Positions 26,418 through 35,786 of a DNA stretch of 64,000 nt are shown here, one piece after another; the first letter of the stretch is position 1, and the number at the start of each line of letters is the position of its first letter. The stretch covers positions 62,001-126,000 of the IMG/VR virus record IMGVR_UViG_3300046694_000136. The stretch is one strand, 5' to 3'. Under the pieces are notes generated by a model. The model saw only the letters and a program-made list of their open reading frames with translations. It was not told the DNA's origin and made no database searches. The position numbers were made by a program, and so were the translations under genes.

Positions 26418-27977
26418 ATGTTAACGATTGAAGTTATTCGAAAATCCATGAAGGGAATGAAGGCTATGGTTGTAGCCCTCAATGAACACTCCCTCAGGTT
26501 TAACGGCGACAACTCTATTAAACTGGAGAAGTCCAACAAGGGTAATATTAAGTCACAGGAAGGTAAACTGTTTGATGCGTTTAACGATTATGTTGAACGT
26601 TACTTTGATTCTGAAGAACGGCTAGCGTTATACAAGCTGTACGAGAAAGCTCACCGGATCTGCGAGAACCCGACTTACCGTGGGTACAAAGTAGAACTGC
26701 CTGAGATCAAACCGATCATCAACCAGATCTTGGATTTCATCCAGCCAGCTCGGTTCATGGACTTCGTCGGTAACTCTCGGCATCTGGTGATTCCTCCAGA
26801 GTTGAATGTGGCAGCCAGCAAAGGGTACTACCCTGCTGAAACCACGATCACCGAAGAACATTACGTTCACTTGGTGAAGATGACTCTGCTGGTTCGCAAC
26901 ATCTATCCGATTATCTTCTCGCTGACGTATCGTTATGCTGGGTTCATGAACATGAGCTTTGCAGAATTCGTTTGCGGTGACTTGATCAAGGACAACCCTC
27001 ACATCATCAATACCGAGGGCTGGCGTAAGCTGTTGCTGTATGTGGATTATTCATTCAAGAAGCGTGGGGAACCGTTAAAGGTCGACGGTGTGGGAAGCAT
27101 GGAGTATTTCGTGGAGCATGTGCTCTACAATACTGTCTTCACACGTTTGTGCTGTGCCATTATTCCGGAAACGGAAGAAGGCAAGAACTTGGCAACTGCG
27201 ATCAACGCTGCTGTACGGCAGCATGAGTCCAGTGGCGCTAAGTGGCGTCGTAAGGACGACGGTTATGAAGGGGAAGAAGAGAAGCGTTCGCTGTATGAGC
27301 GTTATCAAGCGAAAGAGGACGTTAAGTCTACCGACGAAGAAGTTGAAGCTGAATTCTTCTCGATGGGTTTGATGGACGAGTGCGACAATGAACGTCACAC
27401 GGATCGCTTTGCCATCCCATGCATGTCACTGGGCATCAAGCAGCCAGATCTTGTAGAGAAGATCTTCGACAACATCCCACCCAACTGGGAGTTCGAGCTT
27501 GCACCTCACAACCTTAAATTACTGCAAATGGTATTTAAGGGTGACATTTCTATCATGATTTACTGGGCGGCTAACTATACCCAACTGATGGCAGCCATTG
27601 CGCTGGCTCAGGTTCGGTTAGCTGAATGGGGTTACGAGTACCTCCCGACTATTGTTGGGGCTATTCATGATCCAAACGGCATGCGGTCTATTGCCGATAT
27701 TCTGAAGTTGACCTCGACGGATAAAGATTATCTGGAGAGTATCTGTGACGTCCAAAGTAGAAACGATGAGGGTCGATCCTTCAACGAAGCTATTGAAGAC
27801 GCTACCGACTTCTTGGAAGGTCTTGCAGCGGGTCAGTGGAAATCCAACTTGGAGTATGGTGTTCTTAACGAACTCGAGATTTACGATCGAGTCGAACGCG
27901 GTGCCTTGTTTGAGATCGAGATTGAACCCAAGATACGTGAAGAGTTTATGCGTTTGGTTAGGCAAATCAGCGAATAA
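26418..27977 (+). CDS. nvRNAP promoter-specificity (sigma-like) subunit, phiKZ gp68-like
   Basis: About 520 aa helical protein, early promoter, position between gp67-like and gp69-like genes. Confidence 0.65.
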   Translation: MLTIEVIRKSMKGMKAMVVALNEHSLRFNGDNSIKLEKSNKGNIKSQEGKLFDAFNDYVERYFDSEERLALYKLYEKAHRICENPTYRGYKVELPEIKPIINQILDFIQPARFMDFVGNSRHLVIPPELNVAASKGYYPAETTITEEHYVHLVKMTLLVRNIYPIIFSLTYRYAGFMNMSFAEFVCGDLIKDNPHIINTEGWRKLLLYVDYSFKKRGEPLKVDGVGSMEYFVEHVLYNTVFTRLCCAIIPETEEGKNLATAINAAVRQHESSGAKWRRKDDGYEGEEEKRSLYERYQAKEDVKSTDEEVEAEFFSMGLMDECDNERHTDRFAIPCMSLGIKQPDLVEKIFDNIPPNWEFELAPHNLKLLQMVFKGDISIMIYWAANYTQLMAAIALAQVRLAEWGYEYLPTIVGAIHDPNGMRSIADILKLTSTDKDYLESICDVQSRNDEGRSFNEAIEDATDFLEGLAAGQWKSNLEYGVLNELEIYDRVERGALFEIEIEPKIREEFMRLVRQISE

Positions 27978-28004
27978 ACGAATTAAGATAGATGGAGAAC
28001 AGCG

Positions 28005-29450
28005 ATGGCTGAAATTACTACTGTACTGCAACGCGCTTATTTTGGTATCGGCACGACTCAACACGACCACGTGCACCGGCATAGCACGTTGCATCTGGAG
28101 AACGTCGAGATCGACCGACTCCGTCACGAACAAGAGAAGGGCGGGATTCTTCCCAAGACTCTCCACGACGTCGCAATGAACTCCGGTCAGCTCTGCTCGC
28201 AGCCTCAAGGCTATGTCTCGGTTGAAGAAGGTATGAACATGCGTCGTGGCATCTGCCTCCTCCAGTTCGAGATCTATTCGAACGCGGCAGAAGCGTCCAA
28301 CATGTCCGTCGTCTGCTACTTGGTCGGCGGTAACAGCTCAGCCGAGAATGGCCTGGATCCTACTACTCGGATTCAACCGGTTCGTTGCTGGAGCACGCTG
28401 ACCTCGCAGACCAACGATGCCCAAGGCTATCCAACTGTTCGCCAAGTCGTCGACACTACACACCAGTTCCTGCTGGGGGATCCGTACGGCGCTAAAGAAA
28501 TGGCGGCAGTGCGTCCGTATGACGTGGCCAGTGCTGCATTGGGCTTTGCTGTCAGTGATGGTGACGGCTCCGCTCAGAACTATTGCGGTGTAGCCAACTC
28601 CGACCTGACCAATCAGTTGCTGATGTCGAAGACTCAGAACCTGAACCCAACTCACTACGCGAAAGAGCTGTTGAAGTTGGCGGTACAGACTGGCGATGAA
28701 GTCAGTCAGAACGGTCAAGACATGGCGTGGGCTATTGGTGACTACATGACCACCAGCAGCCTGAACGAGATCTCTCCGCACGATAACCCATTCATGCAGA
28801 CCATGATGAGTGTGCTGAGCGTTCACAGTCTGGCAAGCTTCCGTGGTTGGTCGATCGATGAAATGGTTGAAGTATGGCCAAACTTCCTCGACGTACTGAA
28901 CCTGGACAACATGGACGTAACCAAGTTCGCTGCCGATGATACTACGTTGGTCACCAGCGACTACGGTCGTGTGAACCAGCACGAGATCATCGCATCCGAA
29001 GCGGCCATGATGTGTGTACACCAACTGCTGGCGTGCGGTCTGATGTCGTATCAGTTCAGCGCGACCAACAACCCGACGGCTTTCGACGGGATCGGTGGTG
29101 ACGAAGGTGGCGGTGTATCGTTCTCTCCAGGCAAGGCAATGTCGGTTCTGGATAACGACACCAACATGGAAGGTCGTACCGAAACGTTCAACCGTCAGTT
29201 CACTGATGCGTTCTTCGCCAAGTACACTGGTCCGTACGCTCACCTGCGAACGCTCATCAACCTGAACATGGAGTGTCATATGTTCGGTGAGACCCGCGTG
29301 ACCATCTCGTTCGGTAACGAGTACCACAACGGTAAAACGTTCAGCAACGCAACCTATTACATTAACCATTCCAGTTCTTCCATCTCTGGTACCGAGAACG
29401 GTCTTTCAGAGTCCCGGAACTACTTGAGCAACATCAAGGAATACTTCTAA
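28005..29450 (+). CDS. picA: Nuclear protein import factor PicA/Imp1 (phiKZ gp69-like)
   Basis: 481 aa directly after the gp68-like gene; RPYDV motif; assignment mainly by synteny. Confidence 0.6.
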   Translation: MAEITTVLQRAYFGIGTTQHDHVHRHSTLHLENVEIDRLRHEQEKGGILPKTLHDVAMNSGQLCSQPQGYVSVEEGMNMRRGICLLQFEIYSNAAEASNMSVVCYLVGGNSSAENGLDPTTRIQPVRCWSTLTSQTNDAQGYPTVRQVVDTTHQFLLGDPYGAKEMAAVRPYDVASAALGFAVSDGDGSAQNYCGVANSDLTNQLLMSKTQNLNPTHYAKELLKLAVQTGDEVSQNGQDMAWAIGDYMTTSSLNEISPHDNPFMQTMMSVLSVHSLASFRGWSIDEMVEVWPNFLDVLNLDNMDVTKFAADDTTLVTSDYGRVNQHEIIASEAAMMCVHQLLACGLMSYQFSATNNPTAFDGIGGDEGGGVSFSPGKAMSVLDNDTNMEGRTETFNRQFTDAFFAKYTGPYAHLRTLINLNMECHMFGETRVTISFGNEYHNGKTFSNATYYINHSSSSISGTENGLSESRNYLSNIKEYF

Positions 29451-29461
29451 GGTGACCCGCC

Positions 29462-30976
29462 ATGAATGAACTCAATAAGCTGTACAAGGACATGCTGTTG
29501 TCCTGGAACACCCAAGTCAAAACTGATGGGCGTATCCTGCTGGACTTGGACGGCGATGAGTATCCCATCACCATCGACGGGATGAACCTCTACCTGCCGA
29601 CTACTGACGTCCTCGACGAAGTAGCAGTGGGCAAGGTCTTCTTCCACCCAGCGTGTGAAGATATCACCTCGAAGGAAACCGAAGTCTTCAAGGTGTTGCG
29701 TAAGGTTACTTCCTTGCGTCTCCTGAGCGCCTTCCGTTCGGTCCCTCCGGTGTTGCTACCGCTTGCAGGTCCTAAGCCTAAGAGTTCGTGGAACCAACGC
29801 GTGCTGGACCTCCTGGAGCCTCTCAAGAGCGCTAAAGGCGCCGTGGTTAAAGAACTGACGGATCTGTTCGGTCGTCTGCATGTGGAAGTTGAAGAGAACG
29901 GTCTGGATAACCGCTTCGTCCACTTCAAGACCACCAAGTCCAGCGGTAAGTTGTCGAAGGCTACCGGCGAGAAGGTTTACTACACCACCAAGCCGGAGTT
30001 CCCGTTCTACAACGAACTGGTTCGCCGTCTGGCTCGTACCGAAGGCAAGACCGACAACCAGCAGATCGAAATCAACAACCACAGCGTGTCTCGTGCTGCG
30101 GTGAAGTTGGCTATCCATCTGTTCCAGCACATCGTTCCAGCAGTGCTGTCGCCAGACGATCACGTCCACGAAGCGAATACTCCGATTGCAGCACGTATGG
30201 TTTCGTACCTGGGCTGTTACGCAGATATCGCCGAGCAGATCAACAAGGTCCAAGGTACCTTCCGGGCAGAGTTTGCCAAGGCCGGTATCTACCCGATCAA
30301 CTTGAGCTGGACCGAAGATCTGGAAAACCTGCCTGAGTGGTATAAGCAGGTTCCGAAGATGGACTACAACACCCACAACACCCACGAAGAAACCGTCCAT
30401 CAAGCAGCAGGACGTCAAGACTTCGCCGGGCTGATGTCGGTAAGTAGCAACATCAACCAAACGCCGGTCCAACAAACCCCGGGTAGCCAAGTGCAACAAG
30501 CGGGTGCAGGTATTGACCCAATGACTGGCTTCGTGATCACTCCACCACCTCAAGTGCTGGCGTCTGACCGCCTGACCCGTTACGAGTGCAACTTCGGTAC
30601 TGGTCGGGTGACTCACTACGGTGTTGACACTCTGACCAACCTGCCGGTCATGTACATCTGTACTCGTCAGGGTTCGTTCTTGGAGCGTCAAACTCCAAAC
30701 CCTAATGCCGGCATGATGAACATGTTGGGTGGTTTCAACATGGGCATGGGTGGCATGGGTGGTATGAACGGCATGGGTGGTATGGGTAACATGAACCTGA
30801 TGGCCCAGCCACAACTGCTTCCGAATGGCATGATCCAATTGCCAAACGGTCAGATCATTCACCCGGCTCAGCTTCAACAGCAACAGCAACCTGTGATGCC
30901 AACCGGTTCTCCAAGCGTAACCAACTTGGATAACAACAGCGGTAGCGGCTTCAGCAATAGCCCGGCCTGGGGTTAA
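29462..30976 (+). CDS. phiKZ gp70-like core protein with long Q/G/M/N low-complexity tail
   Basis: LYLPT..FFHP.CE...KE signature; synteny; GGM repeats and poly-Q in the tail. Confidence 0.62.
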   Translation: MNELNKLYKDMLLSWNTQVKTDGRILLDLDGDEYPITIDGMNLYLPTTDVLDEVAVGKVFFHPACEDITSKETEVFKVLRKVTSLRLLSAFRSVPPVLLPLAGPKPKSSWNQRVLDLLEPLKSAKGAVVKELTDLFGRLHVEVEENGLDNRFVHFKTTKSSGKLSKATGEKVYYTTKPEFPFYNELVRRLARTEGKTDNQQIEINNHSVSRAAVKLAIHLFQHIVPAVLSPDDHVHEANTPIAARMVSYLGCYADIAEQINKVQGTFRAEFAKAGIYPINLSWTEDLENLPEWYKQVPKMDYNTHNTHEETVHQAAGRQDFAGLMSVSSNINQTPVQQTPGSQVQQAGAGIDPMTGFVITPPPQVLASDRLTRYECNFGTGRVTHYGVDTLTNLPVMYICTRQGSFLERQTPNPNAGMMNMLGGFNMGMGGMGGMNGMGGMGNMNLMAQPQLLPNGMIQLPNGQIIHPAQLQQQQQPVMPTGSPSVTNLDNNSGSGFSNSPAWG

Positions 30977-30984
30977 CAGGTAGC

Positions 30985-31027
30985 AATAATAACCAGCAGG
31001 GTCACCCCCTGCTGGTTATTATTTTTT
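30985..31027. terminator. Bidirectional terminator
   Basis: AATAATAACCAGCAGGG..CCCTGCTGGTTATTATT. Confidence 0.85.
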
Positions 31028-31044
31028 GTCTTAAAAAACTATTT

Positions 31045-31374
31045 TTATGCTCTGGCTGTATTATTACGTGCAATGCGTGTGTTTAATGCGCTTTCATTGA
31101 TCCGATAGATCACCGTCAGCTTGGTGATGTCCTGATGAGGATCAGTGATTCCGTTGATGTACGCAGTCGTCCACCAGAGGTAAGAAGGAATACCCATTAC
31201 CCGTAGAAAACGATAGAAGTCATTTTTGTAAGCCTGTTGGATAGCGGGAACTACCTGCTGGAAGACAGTCGCCTCCTTACGGATGAGTTCTAATTCAGAC
31301 CTAACTAACGTTTTGTACCGCTCCGTATAGAAGACATCTTTACCATTGCTGAAATCGTTATTGGGAAGTGGCAT
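31045..31374 (-). CDS. Small conserved protein, possibly LysM/T4 gp53-like
   Basis: 109 aa, GAAGG RBS; the LWW...YINGI.DP pattern resembles LysM-type wedge proteins (weak). Confidence 0.55.
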   Translation of the reverse strand: MPLPNNDFSNGKDVFYTERYKTLVRSELELIRKEATVFQQVVPAIQQAYKNDFYRFLRVMGIPSYLWWTTAYINGITDPHQDITKLTVIYRINESALNTRIARNNTARA

Positions 31375-31409
31375 AAGTAACCTTCAGGTGGAGTCAATAA
31401 ATTTAGAAC

Positions 31410-31419
31410 CTATATTATC
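31410..31419. promoter_or_regulatory. Early promoter TATATTAT (+) overlapping a late-type motif GATAATATAG (-)
   Basis: AATTTAGAACCTATATTATC in an 85-nt divergent gap. Confidence 0.55.
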
Positions 31420-31459
31420 TTCCTGAACCTATATACCCTGATGTCGAAGAGGTCACTTG

Positions 31460-33700
31460 ATGAATGAGTTCGAATTTAACTTAACAGGTATAACGGATGC
31501 AGTCCGTTATAAATACGGGTGTGGTGAAAACCAACTTCATCCAGCGCTGATTGGTGTTAGCAGTAACTTAATTGTTTTCCCTATGTGTTCCTCTGCCGGT
31601 CGTATGTACATGGCCGGTAACATGATTCCCAAATCTGTTCCTACTGAAGGTGCAGGTGTTCGTTGGCTCATGAGTGGTAACGAACGTAAATACGGTAAGA
31701 CTTCTCGTAAAGTAGAAGCGCCGAGCAACATGATCGTGGAAGAAGTGTTCAGTATCCAAAGTTTGGACCTGAGCAAGAACACAGACGCATGGCAGCCGAC
31801 TCATATCGTTTATAAGAACGACGAGAAGAACGCCTACGACCTGATGGATCTTCCGGCTTACCACACTCAGAACACCAGTGTGGGTTGGGAGTACGTTTAC
31901 GACAAAGATGTACTGCGTAAACTGAAACCCGGTGCATGGTTACCGAAGGGTACGGTCTTTGCACAAAGTCCTCGTATTGACGAAGACGGCATCTGGCGAT
32001 TCTCGATGCCGACTAAAGTGGCCGCCTATTCGGACCACCGGACTGAAGAGGACGGTATCGTCATCACCGAGTCGTTTGCTGAACGTTGCGCGTGTATGTT
32101 CAAACATATCCGCGGGTTCAACTGGAACGAGGATGAATACATTCCGTTGATGCTGTACGGGACTGAAGAGAATCCTTCTCCATTCCCTCAACCGGGTGAA
32201 CCTATCCGTGAAGACGGTCTCGTGATGGGCTTCCGTAAACGTATTAAAGAGAATGCCTTGGTGAGTCTGACCAAGAAAGCTCTGCGTGAACCGGACCCAA
32301 CTTACGACCACCTGCTTTATGCTCCGCGTGACTGTGAAGTTACAGCGGTCCATGTTGAATCGGATCGTAGCAAGAACAAAGCCAACAACCGCAACACGAC
32401 GTACATCCCGCAACGCCATAACCAAATGCTGGATCGTTATGAGCGTAAGCGTAATGAGATGTGGGTGGCCGTGCTGAACTGGTACGAAGGCAAAGTTCGT
32501 ATGAGTCGTAATGGCAAGATCGCTATGACTCACCGCCTGAACACTTTTATCCGTGATGCTTACGGTAACTACACTGACCGTACTGGCCGTCCTAATCCAC
32601 TGTTCCGTTCCATTAAGCGGGAGAAGTACAAGGATTGGAACGTTACCATTGAACTTAAGCAACGCATGACTGGTCGTGTGAAGTGGAAGTTGTCTGGTTT
32701 GAACGGTGACAAAGGTGTTGTGATCAGCATCATCCCCGATGACCATGCGCCGATGTATGCGGACGGTACTCGGGCAGAAGTGATCCTCAACAACATTCCG
32801 GCTTTCCGCCGGCAGATCTACGCGTTGTTGTTGGAGTTGAGTATCAACTTCTTGACCATGCACATCCATCGTGAAGTGCAGCACCTCCGTAAAGAAGGTG
32901 ATTACCGTGGTGCCCACCGGATCCTGATGGAGTACTTCGAGCAGGGCTTCCCTGAGTTCGCTGAGATGTTCAAACTGGCGACCGAAGAAGAGTCCGATCT
33001 GATCGAGTACATTGATAACGTGAGCAAGAAGAACATCTCTATTCACATTATCAGTAACTCCAAGCTGTTCGGGGTTAACTTGATCAACAAGCTGCGGGAG
33101 CGTTATAAGTACCAGCCGCAGAAAGCAACCTGGGTCAACTCGTTGGGTGAGAAGCAAGAGACTGCGAACCCGATCATGATCAGTATCCAAGACTTGATCC
33201 TTCTGGACAAGTTCGGTAGTGACATGAGTGCTCAGTGCATGCCCAAGTCTAACTTGTTCGGCATGCCAGCGAAGATGAGTGACAGTGACCGTTACAGCTT
33301 GCCAATGAACGATAAGGGTAACAAGAACACTGCTGAGACTGAAGGTCGTTGGGTAACCAGCCAGTCAGGTGGTCAAGAGGTTGTGAAGTTGTTTTCTTTG
33401 GCATACTCACCCGAGAACCGCATCAGCGCAGTTCGTCGTTGGGTGCGCGCTAACGATACTCACAACATTCCTCAGATCATTAAGCCTGAAGAGTACGTGA
33501 ATAACCGTGCGTTGAACATGTCCGTCAGCATGATGAAAGACTCTGGGTTGGCTCTGCGTAATGAGTTGCCTAGTGACATCGTCAGCAACGAACACTTGCA
33601 AGGTTACAACGAAACCCGTTTGGGTGGATTCTTGGCTGAACTTAACGAGAAAGAAGCGGCACTCAAAAGCCAACAACAGGGTGGGCAAGTATCCTCATGA
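31460..33700 (+). CDS. Non-virion RNA polymerase beta C-terminal subunit (phiKZ gp71-73-like)
   Basis: SSAGR.YM, EEDGIVITESFA, KLSGLNGDKGVV, ETEGR. Confidence 0.9.
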   Translation: MNEFEFNLTGITDAVRYKYGCGENQLHPALIGVSSNLIVFPMCSSAGRMYMAGNMIPKSVPTEGAGVRWLMSGNERKYGKTSRKVEAPSNMIVEEVFSIQSLDLSKNTDAWQPTHIVYKNDEKNAYDLMDLPAYHTQNTSVGWEYVYDKDVLRKLKPGAWLPKGTVFAQSPRIDEDGIWRFSMPTKVAAYSDHRTEEDGIVITESFAERCACMFKHIRGFNWNEDEYIPLMLYGTEENPSPFPQPGEPIREDGLVMGFRKRIKENALVSLTKKALREPDPTYDHLLYAPRDCEVTAVHVESDRSKNKANNRNTTYIPQRHNQMLDRYERKRNEMWVAVLNWYEGKVRMSRNGKIAMTHRLNTFIRDAYGNYTDRTGRPNPLFRSIKREKYKDWNVTIELKQRMTGRVKWKLSGLNGDKGVVISIIPDDHAPMYADGTRAEVILNNIPAFRRQIYALLLELSINFLTMHIHREVQHLRKEGDYRGAHRILMEYFEQGFPEFAEMFKLATEEESDLIEYIDNVSKKNISIHIISNSKLFGVNLINKLRERYKYQPQKATWVNSLGEKQETANPIMISIQDLILLDKFGSDMSAQCMPKSNLFGMPAKMSDSDRYSLPMNDKGNKNTAETEGRWVTSQSGGQEVVKLFSLAYSPENRISAVRRWVRANDTHNIPQIIKPEEYVNNRALNMSVSMMKDSGLALRNELPSDIVSNEHLQGYNETRLGGFLAELNEKEAALKSQQQGGQVSS

Positions 33701-35712
33701 TGCAGTTTAGTCTTCGAGAGTTTGCGAACATTCCAGAAGAGATGATGTTGCGCTGGCGAGGTTATCGATGTCCGGTAACCGTAGTCGACGACGAAGGTGA
33801 GTCTGTTGAGTCTGACACCTATGTGCTGATGTTGACGTGGTTGGGGTTGATTATCCATCGACACTACAACCACATCCCTTATTCGATTAAGGAGTTGATC
33901 CCCTCGAATAAGGTGGCTGGTAATACAGACAAGATGATCACCTACGACGACGACGTCCAGACCGTCCCCATTAACTACATGCTCGCCAAGCTGCTCCCAA
34001 CTATTAAAAGCTTGGCAGAAATTGATGACATCAAGCGGATGATCCACATCTGGCAGAACAAGCTCCATAACTTATCCGTAGTGATGGGTGAAGGTTCTTC
34101 GCTGTCAGCCTCTGCTGAGTCCGTGGGTGATCTCATGGCCGATGATGGGGTAATGGAGATCCGTGATCAGATCCTCGAGAAGAAGATCTCGATCGATGAA
34201 GGTGAAGATAAGTTCAACCACCACATCAAGTCAGCAGAAACCTTGGACCGTAACGTCATGGCCATGCTGGCTCGGACTGGCGGTGTAAGTGTGAACCAGG
34301 CGTATCAACTGTCCGTGATGCGGGGTGGGGTGTTCAGCTTGAACAACACCATTCACCCCAATGCGGTCTCTGTACCGTACGCTCACGGCATTACTAACTT
34401 GGCGGATTCGCTGGGTGAGAAGAATGCGTCTGGTAAAGCTCTAACCAACAACGGTAAAGCGTTGAAGGACTCGGAGCTGTTTCACCGTAAGACCCACATC
34501 CTGACTGCTGTTGTGCGTGGCATGAGCTTCGGTTGGGATTGTGGTACTCGGATCGCTGTTCCTGTCAAGATTGCCAGCATGAACGTTGCCATGGGGCTGC
34601 GCGGCAAGTGGCAACAAATGCCTGCCGGCAATCTCCAGCTTATTGACAACGATAATGTCTGGGACATCAAGGTTGGGGAAACGGTCTACATTCGTTCGGT
34701 TGCGTTCTGTAATAGTCGCGACGCTGGTGTTCCGTGTGGAACATGTTACGGGATGATGGCGACGTCAATCCCGTTTAACCAGATGATGGACAAGATTGCT
34801 AACGTGGGCATGTGGTCAGCAACCTCTATCTGTAACCCGATGGGTCAGGGGATGCTTTCTACTAAACACTTTATCCGAAATGCAATTACACGGCAGTTCG
34901 TCCCGCACAAGCGCGACACGAATATCATTTCCAGTAATGGCGATGAGATCTTCTTGAATCCTGAGGTCATTGAACCTGGCTGTGACATGGTCTTGGGAGC
35001 AGATATTGTTAACGTCCTTTCGGACATCCGAAGCTTGGGTGACCTTAACGCCGTTAGTCTGGAGAAACTGCCGTATTTCGCTGAAGTGACTTTCCGTTAT
35101 GCAGTTGAAGATATCATGATGGGCGGTAAAACGATTCAGCAACACGCTGCCCATACATCGATCTCCTCTCGTAAAGCGCGGTTCTCGTTGGAATTCCTCC
35201 GTTATGTGTTGGACTACGGTTGGGAGACTCTCGGGAAGAAGCATGTCAAGATCGACCTGAGCCATTGGAATGTAATGGAGCCTGTGTTTAGTCTGCCATT
35301 CATCCGGGAAGACTTGGATGCTCACCGTGCTCGTGTTGAGAGCTTCATCACCTTTAGCAAGCGTAACTCTACGTGGAAAAATCAGGTAGTCACTCCGAAG
35401 ATCTTTGGTGAGGTGCTAACTGAGTACTGGACACTCATTGCTCAGGAAATTAAAGGTATTAACGTCGTACACCCAGAGTTGATGCTGTACAGCTGTCTGA
35501 CAGCGACTCCAGGGGGTATTGACGCATCGATCCCAATGGGCGATGTGCCTAAGTACTTCTCCAGTTTCGAAGAGGCTGTAATCGGTCGAGGTATTGGCCA
35601 CCTGATGATCTACGAGCGACAGCAGAACGTACTGAACAAGATGAAAACTTTCCGGATGGTCAACCGTCAAGGTAGTCCGTTGGAGGCTTTCTTCGCACTG
35701 GGTGTTGGTTAA
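33697..35712 (+). CDS. Non-virion RNA polymerase beta' C-terminal subunit (phiKZ gp74-like)
   Basis: DCGT, RS..FC, CGTCYG, trigger-loop-like NVG..SAT....GQ.MLSTKH. Confidence 0.9.
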   Translation: MMQFSLREFANIPEEMMLRWRGYRCPVTVVDDEGESVESDTYVLMLTWLGLIIHRHYNHIPYSIKELIPSNKVAGNTDKMITYDDDVQTVPINYMLAKLLPTIKSLAEIDDIKRMIHIWQNKLHNLSVVMGEGSSLSASAESVGDLMADDGVMEIRDQILEKKISIDEGEDKFNHHIKSAETLDRNVMAMLARTGGVSVNQAYQLSVMRGGVFSLNNTIHPNAVSVPYAHGITNLADSLGEKNASGKALTNNGKALKDSELFHRKTHILTAVVRGMSFGWDCGTRIAVPVKIASMNVAMGLRGKWQQMPAGNLQLIDNDNVWDIKVGETVYIRSVAFCNSRDAGVPCGTCYGMMATSIPFNQMMDKIANVGMWSATSICNPMGQGMLSTKHFIRNAITRQFVPHKRDTNIISSNGDEIFLNPEVIEPGCDMVLGADIVNVLSDIRSLGDLNAVSLEKLPYFAEVTFRYAVEDIMMGGKTIQQHAAHTSISSRKARFSLEFLRYVLDYGWETLGKKHVKIDLSHWNVMEPVFSLPFIREDLDAHRARVESFITFSKRNSTWKNQVVTPKIFGEVLTEYWTLIAQEIKGINVVHPELMLYSCLTATPGGIDASIPMGDVPKYFSSFEEAVIGRGIGHLMIYERQQNVLNKMKTFRMVNRQGSPLEAFFALGVG

Positions 35713-35786
35713 CCCTTTAGTTTAGCGGCTGCTTAACCGGACGGGGGTCCCGAAAGGGCCCCCTCCTACCGACTTAAGAGGTCGTT

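Noticed and set aside
30720-30800. Short GGCATGGGT-type repeats as a DNA repeat or CRISPR array
   Set aside because: They encode the GGM peptide repeat; no repeat-spacer structure. No CRISPR array was seen in the window.
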